Shown here: positions 13,096 to 23,203 of the stretch, in pieces
Layout of the letters: every line of letters begins with the position of its first letter
How positions within the stretch are numbered: the stretch's first letter is position 1
Assembly: GCA_043228905.1 (NCBI GenBank)
Contig: JBHGNT010000011.1
Coordinates: 7,378,001 to 7,442,000 of the forward strand
From: Azolla caroliniana
Lineage: Eukaryota; Plantae; Polypodiophyta
DNA length: 64,000 nucleotides
Direction of reading: 5' to 3'
The notes under the pieces: model-generated
What the model saw: only the letters and a program-made list of their open reading frames with translations
Told to the model about the DNA's origin: nothing
Database searches by the model: none
Program-made: the position numbers and the translations under genes

Positions 13096-16000
13096 TCAAC
13101 ACTCCCCCTCAAGCTCAACTTGAGGTTCCACCTGCTCCGTCGTACCTATGCTCCGGTTCCTTCTGGGTTCATGACTCGCTAGCGCTCCTCGACCCGGTCG
13201 ATTCCGCGCACCTCGACCCTTCCGGTCGGCTTGTCTGCTTACACGGCTCTTCTCAGTTTCCTTGTTGTTGCAGTGTTGGCGCCTCTTCTGCTGCCTTCTC
13301 TCCCGCTTGGCCCTTGGTTGATTCAGCGTATTCGAATCAAACATCCGAACCGACTCAGCTTCCTCCGATCGGTTTTCGCTCTCGTCCGAGTTGGCTATCT
13401 CCAACTCGTCCTTGGTCTTCTCACCCTTGGTTGGTTTCGGCTCTTCCTTTCGACTGCTTCCCTTATGTCCGCTTGAGGAATCTTCCGCGGATCTGCCCTC
13501 GGCTTCTTAAGCTCATCTGAAGTCGAATTCATCATCTGACTCGGCGTCACAGTCTTTTCTGCTCCTTTCCTTCTCCTTTCCGTGGTCATCATGGACATCT
13601 CTCCCCCTCAAGTTCGGCACTTCGGCGTGATGGAACCCAAGCGCACCCGAGAATTGCCGCAACTTGTCTAGACCAAGAGGCTTGGTGAAGATGTCGGCGT
13701 TCTGCCGATCCGTCAGAACATACTGAAGTTCGACTTCACTAGAGAGGACACGCTCACGAACGAAATGGTAGTGCACCTCAATGTGCTTAGTCCGGGCGTG
13801 GAAGACGGCGTTCTTAGCTAGCTGGATGCTACTGAGGTTGTCGCAGTAGATTGTCGTTGGATCGAATACCTCCACCTGTAGATCCTTAAGTAGCTACTTC
13901 AACCATATGGCTTCGCACGTCGCGACAACTGCTCCTCTATACTCAACTTCGGTGCTCGACAACGCAACTGTCGGTTGCTTCTTGCTACTCCACGCGATCG
14001 CGGCACTCCCGAGAGAGAACGTGAAACCGGATGTGGATCGGCGATCGACGACGTTTCCGGCCCAATCAGCATCGGTGTAATCGACCAACTACACGACAAT
14101 ATTAGTCCGATATAGTAGCCCCCGGTCCTTAGTGCCACTGATGTACCGGAGTACGCCTTGTGCGCACTTAAGGTGCTCCTCGGTCGGTCGCGCCATGAAC
14201 TGACTAATCACCTCGACCGGGTAGCTGAGATCTGGTCGGCTGATGGTCAAGTAAATAAGGCTTCCGACTATCTGTCGGAACCTCGTCAGGTTGCATACCT
14301 TTCCAGAATCGGGGCAAAACTTGACGGTTCTATCCGGAGGAGTCGAGACGGACTTACAGTCGGCCATCCCGAATTTGAAGAGCATATTCAGCGCGTAATG
14401 ACGTTGGCTGATCAATATGCCTTCGGGGGTGCGGATCACTTCGATCCCGAGGAAGTGGAAGTAATGAAGGTCCCCCAGATCCTTCATGTCGAATGATGCC
14501 ACGAGCTGGAGCTTCATGCGGTCTATCTCACCTAGGTCGGCGCCGGTGATGACCAAGTCATCAACATAAAGTAAAATACTAACCGGCCGGAGTCGACCTT
14601 TCCGGATGAACAGTGACGAGTCCGATTTTGACGTCACAAAGCCCATCCGACACAATCGTTGCGTGACCTTCATGTTCCAGGCACGCATAGCTTGCTTTAG
14701 TCCGTAAAGGGACTTCTTCAATCGACACACCGCCGAAGTGTTCGTTCCGGAGTGAAATCCGGGGGGCTGTACCATGTACACCTATTCCTCAAGCTCACCT
14801 TGTAGGAACACATTCCTTACGTCCATATGATGTAAGTGCCACCCCTTTGCCGCAGCTACCACGACCAAAACATGGACGGTCGACATCGTTGCAACCGGCG
14901 CAAACGTCTCATCGTAGTCGATGCCGTGTTTCTGCGCGTAGCCTTTCGCTACTAACCGGGCCTTGTATCGGTTGACCGAGCTGTCAGTGTTGTACTTGAC
15001 CTTGTACACCTACTTACATCCGATCAGTTTCACACTTTTCGGTGCGTGAACCAGGTCCCAGGTTTCATTCTGAGCTAATGCGCGCATCTCTTCCTCCATT
15101 GCGGCATGCCAATTTGCATCCTTCGCCGCTTCTGCGTAGCTCTCTGGTTCACGCACTTCTGCTACATGCGTCATGTACGCATAGTGATGCGCCATGTACT
15201 CGTTGTAACCAAACCGCACAACAGGGTTCTTCTGGTAGGTTGATCGGCGTAATTGCTCATTAGCCGAAGTTGAGGCTTTCATGGTCGACACGGACTTCGC
15301 TCTCGAAGACCCATCATCACTTCCCTAGGAGTTGGACTCGTTCCTATCCATGCCGTAATCTGACACCTTCTTCTTCCCTTTTTCTTTGCGTGTAAGCTGT
15401 CTCCTCAGCTCCCTGCGTGGGGAATGCATGGCCGAGTCTCCACTACTCGCCGGCTCTTCGTTGGACGGGTCGAACCGACTCAGCCGTCCATTCGGTCCGC
15501 TTAACCGAAATGAAATCGGACTCTCTTCACGGAACCCGATTTCAGGCTCATCCGGAGGCATCTCGGCCTCGTTGACCTCATCATCAGAACTCGGATTGGA
15601 GGTGAGGTCCGGAGTCGGAGACAAGTACCAGGACGCGTACTCGTCAAACACAACGTCACAGCTCAGGCACGCTTGTTTGGTGCGAGGGTTATAACACTTA
15701 TAACCCTTCTGCTCGTCCGAGTAGCCGACCAAGATACACTTCTCAGCTTTCACGTCCAACTTCCTCTGTTTCTCCTTCGGCACATGCACATACGCAATGC
15801 TACCGAAAACTCTCAAGTGTCGTAGATTCGGCTTTCTTCCGAAATACTGCTCATGCGCCGACACTTTGTCTCCGATCTGATTCTGGATGTATATTGCGGT
15901 TTGTACCACCTTAGCCCAATAGAACTTGGGCAAGCTCTTCTCCTCTAGCATTGCCCGTGCCGCTTCTACAATTGACCGGTTCTTCCTCTCGGCCACGCCA

Positions 16001-17429
16001 TTTTGCTCTGGCGAGTATCTACAACTGAATTCACACCGAATTCCCATCTATTGCAGATAGCCATTGGATTGATCGGAAAAGTATTCTTTTCCGCCATCTG
16101 ACCGCAAGCACTTGATCTTCCCTCCTGTTTCCGTCTCCACGAACCCTTTGAGGTCCTAGAAACAGTCGAAGACTTCACTCTTCTTCTCGATGAGATAGAT
16201 CCACGTGTGCCGCATATAGTCGTCGATGAAGGAGATGAAATATCGACTCCTGACAAGACTTACGTTCTGTGCCGGCCCCCATACATCGGAATGTATCAAG
16301 TCGAGCTTGTTCCGGCTCCGATTATGCTCGTTAGGGAATGGAAGTCGGTGTTGCTTCCCGAATTGGCAGGCTTCACAAATTCGTGCCTTTCGGCCACTAA
16401 ATTTGGGCAGTCCGAACACCACCTATTTTGATTGCAGGTCCTGAAGCCGTTGATAGTTGACTTGGCCTATGCGCTTGTGCCATGAGTCAATATCCGACTC
16501 GACTTTTTGTCCTTTCGCGAACATTGCGGTGCCATTGTCACTAGAGTCGAGGATAAACATCCTCCCGTCTCTGCGCTCTTGCGCAATAACTCGGCCTTCT
16601 TCTTCGATGAAGCACTCGAGATGTGTGAACCAGACTTGCATCCCCTGGTCGACGATCTGCCCAACCAACACCAGATTCTTTGTGATTGTGGGGACATGTA
16701 ACACGTTCATAAGTTTCCCTTTCTACCCAACATGGCTCAAGGGAATTTCACCGACGTTCACGATCGGATGTGGAGTGTCGTCTCTGGTTGCGACTACTCC
16801 TTGTGGCACATCATGTGGTTTGACGAACCGGAGTCAACGTACTACACCTCGTCCGATTTCGGGGTGGACATCTTCATAGAGTTCGATTTGTGTCTCGTCA
16901 CGAAGGCTGACCCCTTTTTCGGCTTTTCCGGACCCTGCGGCGTAGTGCGATCGCTGCCGATTTCCTTTGTCCGTTTGTCCGGAGCCTGATCCGGATCCGG
17001 TCCTCTCTGAGTCGGCGCGCTTCTTCCAACACTCACTTTCCTTGTGGCCTTTCTTGCCATAGTACCAGCATTCTGCAACGGATTTCCCTTGCCGATTCTT
17101 GTCGCCTTGACTCCCCCTGTTTCCGGAGGGTTTGGAATTGCTATCGGCATCACTTCGGTGCCTTCGTCCTTCATCCCGTCGGATGCCTCCATTGCGCACT
17201 GACTCGCTTCGTTCGCCACGACCATGGGGCCTATCTCCCTCTGTGTACAACATCTTGATGTCGGCATGTGTGCTTGTTGACGCACCCGCGTGGTTCTCCT
17301 CTATAAGGAGCATCGAGTGTAGGTCGAAAAACGACGGCGTATTCTCCCGTGTACACACAGCAGTTCAGAATGCTCCGAACTTCGACGCCAGTCCCCCGAG
17401 GAAGATCTGCACCATCTCACCTTCCTCGA
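13096..17429 (-). pseudogene. gag(3')-pol of copia C
   Basis: Mostly consecutive ORF pieces split by single stops: zinc knuckle, integrase (PEQNGVAERKNRSI), RT (LYVDDL), RNase H (YCDNLSSI..HARTKHIEVHYHF) and extension. Confidence 0.88.
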
Positions 17430-17752
17430 TGTTACCGATTAGGAACACGGTCTTCGGTCAGTCCTTCGACCTAGACCTCCAAGTGATTGTGGAACAACGA
17501 ATGGGGCGTCTATGCGTAATGCATAGGGGAATGCTCCCCGTAACCTATCAACGTATAAGGGAGACGACTACAACCGACTCCTTAGCAATGGTTACACTTA
17601 CGTTCTTACACGCTCAGATATTGCAGACACACAGTAAATTAGCCGTAGCTATACACAGACTTTCAGAAAAGATAGAATTCTATTACGATACGCTTCTTTA
17701 CATTCCAAAAATACACACTCCCCCTATCAGAGGTTTTCTGCCCTTTATATAC

Positions 17753-18089
17753 TATTAGGAAACAGGTCCCTTCGGATGGGAAGTGAGAAGAACAGTATTG
17801 ATGAACAAACTCGGCCAAGGCCGAAACCGGATGAGGAGTACCCGGCTACGGAGAGCCGGATGGTGCAGACCCGGTGAGAACCGGATGACGAGTGCCCGAC
17901 AAGATCCGGATGATGCAGGCCCGGTGAGGAGCGCTCACCGGATGAAGAGACATATTCGTAAATATGTTTCTGAGAGTCCATCGTGGCTATATTTGTAAAT
18001 AGCCGAAAAGTCATATTAGTATAAATATGACTTAGGGCAAACTTTTGGTAATTTTTTTCTTGTTGGTGCAAGATTAGAGCGCAGCTGTG

Positions 18090-18139
<50 letters not shown>

Positions 18140-18964
18140 CGAAGAGTTCGTATCTCTGTTGTAACCGCCGCTTGTGGCGAAGATAGAAAGCTTGAGGTTG
18201 TTGCCTCAGTGCTTTACTGTTGCACACTGTAACATAGTGATAGTTTGTAGCCTATGGGCTGCCGTGGTTTTTCCCTAGTTTGGGTTTTCCACGTAAACAT
18301 CCTGTGTACTCTTCTCTTCAATGTGTCGTGCATTCATTCCCGTTTGTTTTTTTTGTGTATGATTCTAAGCTCAGTTGTGGCCGAACGTTGCGCATGTTGG
18401 GAGACAAGTCCCTCCGAATGGGAAGGGAGGAGAACAGTGCTGATGAACAAAATCCCGGCTACGGAGAGCCGGATGGTGCAGACCCGGTGAGAAGTGCTCA
18501 CCGGATGAAGAGACATATTCATAAATATGTTTTTGAGAGTCCATAGAGGCTATATTTGTAAATAGCTGAAAAGTCATATTAGTATAAATATGACTTAGGG
18601 CAAGCTTTTAGTTGTGGTTGTTGTCTATGCGAGATCATAGCGCGTAACAGTGTACAGAGAGGAAGAGGTTGTCGTTTCTGTTGTAACCGCCGCCTGTGGC
18701 GAAGATCATGAGCACGAGGTCGTTGCCTCTGTGAACTCACTGTTGTACATTCTAGCATAGTGATAGTTTGCAGCCTGTTGGCTGCCGTGGTTTTTCCCTA
18801 GTTTGGGTTTTCCACGTAAACATCCTGCATACTCTTCTCTTCACTGTGTCGTGCGTTTCATTTCCCGTTTTCTGTGTATGATTCTAAGCTCGGTTGTGGC
18901 CGAGCGTTGCGTGTAGGGAGCGTGCAGTTCCTGTTAGCACATAGGGAGCGTGTAGTTCCTGTCA
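17753..18964 (+). mobile_element. Solo LTR of an E1/E2-related copia family inserted in the TATA region of the G1 3' LTR
   Basis: TSD TATAC (17748-17752, 18965-18969); ends TA(TG)..TCA. Shares GGCTATATTTGTAAATAGC, AGTCATATT..AATATGACTTAGGGCAA and CCGCC(G/T)..GTGGCGAAGA blocks with the E1/E2 LTRs. (GA)n at ~18093-18132. Confidence 0.85.
18395..18936 (+). mobile_element. Second solo LTR of the same family nested inside the first
   Basis: Starts TGTTGGGAG, ends CCTGTTA; TSD GCGCA/GCACA (18390-18394, 18937-18941). Confidence 0.8.
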
Positions 18965-19924
18965 TATACGTAGGGTCTATTTATCCGTTCACGCTTCCTA
19001 CGTGAACCGTTACATGCATTATGATCTTATATTATTTCTTATTCCTACACTCTTGTCCGTCGGTTACTATTCCGGCGAACAACACCTGGCACGCTTGTGG
19101 GATAGTGCCCTGGCACGTCAGACCCATCCCTTTAATCTTCTTCCAAAATGGCCTGGATGTTTGGCTCTAGTGCGGTGTCCGCTTTCGTAGTGTATTCCAC
19201 ACACTACGTGAAAACCATAAAATAATATATCCGAATTTAGATACATATAAATAAATAAATAATATATCAAAAGAATTTATCACGTGCGTAGGGCAGGATT
19301 CAAAGCATGCACCTCCACGTAGATAAACCCCAACTTTACCATTGTAATAACTTATCTTTAGTGTTATAAATATAGATTTAATACGTATAAGACCTTTATT
19401 TACACATACCTTTATTAAAAGGTAAAAATCATGTATTCTTTAGAGTGTGAATATTTTATTTACACGTGACATTAAAAGTGACTCATGCACATCTAGCGTG
19501 CACAAGCCCTATATTTAGGAAATGACAAAACATCACATGCACATTTAGTGTGCATGGGCACTTTAGGTGAAAAAGCATGAAGCCATGCTTAGCCTCTTCC
19601 ATCTTTATATAAGGAGGAGAAAAATATGTATATGGTTGTTGATTAATATACAAGGTTGGATCAATCTAATATATTCGTGGGATTCACGAATTTTGCCATC
19701 TAATTGCTCTTATAATCTAAATATTGTTTTAATTACACTAAACTCGTGGGATTCACGAGATTGCTATCTTACTTCTCTTTCCACTATTCATATCTAGCCT
19801 TAAGTTGTATTCCTCTCCCTCCTAGTCAAAAACCTTGGCGGTTCCCACCCGACTCACGCAACGATCCAGAGCCGAAGGGCACGACACAGTTGGTGAACCC
19901 GATGTGAAGACGGGTGGCAAGGAG

Positions 19925-21967
19925 ATGGAAAATCAACAAGAGGCTAGCAACATGATGATGATGTTCGAGCGCATGCTACAAGAACAACGCGCGATGTCGG
20001 AGATAGCGGCCTCAGTGGAGCGGCTCGTGCAACGAAACGGGCAATTCAACGGGAAAGACGTGTCGCGGTATCTTCGGGATTACAAGGCGGAGATGCTACA
20101 GTGCGGAATATCGGAAGGACTGCAAGTGACGTCCTTCAACCGGGTGGCAACCGACGGGCTTCAAGCAAGCATCCATGGGCTACGACAGCAAAATCCGACA
20201 TGGGAGGCGTTTGAAGTAGAGCTAAAGAGGACGTTCGCCATCGAGGATTCCTCCAAGGGGACGCGAAGGGGATTCGAAGATTGGGTGGAGACGCCGGACA
20301 AGGGATTGAAGGTCGTTGATGTGTTTTTGGCATTTGAAAGCCGGTTCGGGAGGTTGTCCGCGAGAGATCAAGCTATCCTCGTACCGGACAAGGTGATCAT
20401 GTTCTTGCGAGCTGTGGACGTCCGGGACCGGAAAGATCTCGGAGTGCTCTTGGAGGACACGACCACGGAGAGCGGCCTCACCGAAACATGGGAAAGCGTG
20501 CGGGATATCGTCGCGCGATACACAAAGAGGGGGCAATGGCTTGCCGACGAGGAAAAGAGGGTTTCGGAACTGATTCCGAAACCGAGAACCGGATTGGAAG
20601 ACCATCAACTGAGGGCTCGAGAGACTACAACCGAGAAGGGGATTGATGCATCTACGGTGGAGCAACTATTGAAGGAGATGGAGAATCTGAAGATCGCGAT
20701 GGTGAAGAAGTCGGATGACCGCCCCACAAGCTCCAAGTATACGGACCGACGGTGCATATGGTGCGATAGCGCCGAACACGATCGGAGGGATTGCGACGAG
20801 CATAAGGAGGCGCTACGGCGGGATCTCATCTACTACGAGGGAAACCGGATTCATTCGATGGACTCTCGGAAGCCACTCCGACCGAACTTCCGGAAAGGCG
20901 GCATGAAGAAGGTGCTCGAGGAGGAATTGGCGGCGAGAAGCAACTATGCGACAACCGCGGGAATATGTGTCGGGGAGTCATCGAGAGCAAAGACGTCTTT
21001 TTGGCCGGAAGTTCTAGAAAACACCGAGAAAACCGACTCCAACGAGATCCGAAACACCGCGGAAGGCGTCCGGGAAGCTACGGGATGGGAGTGCCCTGTC
21101 GACAAGAATAGCGTATATGCCCTGTGTCAATTGCATAAGGTGTATGTGGACGAGAAACGACGACGCACGGAGGATGCGGTCGGGCCATCGAAGATACCGG
21201 AAAGTTGGAACTCCGGAGGTAAGGGAAAAGAAAAGGCGACTCCGGCATTCAAGCTCGCCTCGGACATAGAACAATAAACCGACTTGAAAAGAGTGTTCGA
21301 GGAAAGAATCTTGGATAGCCGGGTAGATTTCTCGCTTCGGGAGCTACTCGGAATAGCAAAGAAGGAGTTCCACGATCTTCTTGTGGATCTCGTGAAGTGA
21401 AAAAGACAAAGTACGGAGGAAAATGCTCCAAGGGTGAATGCGAACACCGTTTTAATGAACGACACCGAAGCGGAGGACGAAATTCCGAACTCCCACTATA
21501 CAAGGCCACATTGGGCACGCGCGACTACGGAGACTCCGGTCCGAATCGGCAACATCAAAGAACCTGTGCTAGCATTGATTGATCACGGATCGGAGATCAA
21601 CTTGATGTCCAAGGAGTTCTACCGGAAGGGGAAGTGGCCTATTAACACCAACCATGGATGGAAGATTCGGGCGGCCACCAAAGCAACGGAAGATCTATTT
21701 GCGGCTTGTCCGGATGTGACGGTGAAGATCGGGGATGTCGAGATCGACCAAAATTTCTTCGTGCAAGATGAGGTTTCACATTCCGTCATCCTCGGCCAAC
21801 CCTTTATCACGGCATCACGGATGGAGACGAAGGTGCTCGATAGCGGTGCGGCTTTTGCACGAATTCGGAGCCAAAACGGTGGGAAATTCGTCCAATTCCT
21901 AACGGTGCCGGCAAATCACGAAAGGAACAAGAGGGAACTCTTGTCCCAAGTGAGAATGGATTTTTAA
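19925..21967 (+). pseudogene. Gag-protease ORF of G2 (two in-frame stops at 21275 and 21398)
   Basis: One frame from MENQQ through FNGKDVSRYL, CIWCDSAEHDRRDC and the aspartic protease ALIDHGSEINLM..VILGQPF to QVRMDF*. Confidence 0.85.
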
Positions 21968-22021
21968 AGCGGACTGTTGCGGAGTGGGGAAGTGATAGTC
22001 CGAGAAGCCCTGATACCCCAC
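21958..22021 (+). promoter_or_regulatory. Putative programmed -1 ribosomal frameshift signal (slippery G GAT TTT plus H-type pseudoknot)
   Basis: Heptamer 21958-21964 in the gag frame immediately before TAA; 5-nt spacer; stem 1 21970-21978/21994-22002; stem 2 GTGGGG 21984-21989 / CCCCAC 22016-22021. The -1 frame is open from 21961 into pol. Confidence 0.72.
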
Positions 22022-22914
22022 ACAGGAAGAAAACTCTCGGAGCAAAACATGTACGAATCGGTCCGGATGGGGCATCTACGTACACGACCGTAACCGGAGG
22101 ATTGAAGAAAGGATACCGACAAGTGGAGGATAAGTTGTGGTCGGCATCAATAATAAAAGAAGATGAAGAAATCGTGGGGATAGTCGAGGAAGTGTTCTAT
22201 GGGAGCACGCTGCAACGACTTGAAGACCTTGCGGAAGATAAAAGCCAAGGGAACCGGGTAGTCCCGGTGGAATCGGTCGAGATGTACGAGATCATTGCGA
22301 AAATGGAGGCGGATACGCTCCGTAAAGAAGAAGCAATGGTAAGTACGAAATACAAGACCGTGGAGAAGAAGGTGAAACCGGCCGCGGGACCACTACCCGC
22401 CGATAGCGAACAAAAGAGGAAAGAAGTCTCAGGAGATCCGACACTTCGGAAGTGTTGAAAAACAGTGCTCGGCCACAACCGAGGAATAGGATCAACTCAC
22501 AGGAAACAGGAAATACGAAGTGCACGAGGACAATAGAGAGAAAGGTACACTGGATGTTTTACGTGGAAAACCCTAAATGGGGAAAAAACCACGGGAGTCC
22601 TCAAACTCCAACTATCACTATAAACAGAGATGTACAATGGTGAAGCTACAAGGCAACGACCTCGAGCTCACTGTCTTCGCCACAGGCGGCGGTAATACAC
22701 AGAGGCAACGACCTCTTCGTCGCTCTCTCTCTCTCCCTCTCTTTCTCGGCTGCTCTCTTCACTCTCTTGCACACATAAGAGTGGCGATACACAGAAAAAT
22801 GAGCAACAACATTTAAACTGTTTGCCCTAAGTCATATTTATACACATATGACTTTCGGGCTATTTACAAATATAGCCTCAAGGGCTCTTGGCAAACATAT
22901 TCACAAATATGTCC

Positions 22915-23140
22915 CCGCATCCGGATCTCTCTCCGGGTACACTCGTCATCCGGCTCCGTAACCGGGGTCTTCAGCATCCGGCTCCGTAGCCGGGGTCTTC
23001 ATCATCCCGCTCCGTAGCCGGAGTCTTCAGCATCCGGCTCCGTAGTCGGGGTCTTCAGCATCCGGCTCCGTAGTCGGGGTCTCTTCATCCGGCTTCATGC
23101 CGGGTACTCTTCATCATCCGGTTCCGTAACCGCAACCGGG
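22915..23140 (-). repeat. ~28-bp CCGG-rich tandem array in U3 of the E1/E2 LTRs (also ~27737-27962, ~41090-41375, ~45982-46210)
   Basis: Unit CATCCGGCTCCGTAGCCGGGGTCTTCAG and variants. Confidence 0.88.
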
Positions 23141-23203
23141 CTTGCCGTCATTCATCTCCGGACATCCCATCCGGAGGGACCGAAATCCCAACAAACTCCC
23201 CCT

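Noticed and set aside
17132-17758. 208-aa plus-strand ORF and many other antisense ORFs in the track
   Set aside because: They cross element junctions or are shadows of GC-rich gag-pol; no recognisable domains.
21275-21400. Stops between Gag and protease of G2 as possible readthrough signals
   Set aside because: TAA and TGA are explained by C-to-T decay of CAA/CGA codons, common across this window.
22915-23140. 28-bp repeat arrays resembling a CRISPR array
   Set aside because: Head-to-tail units with no unique spacers, inside eukaryotic LTRs, and no cas genes.
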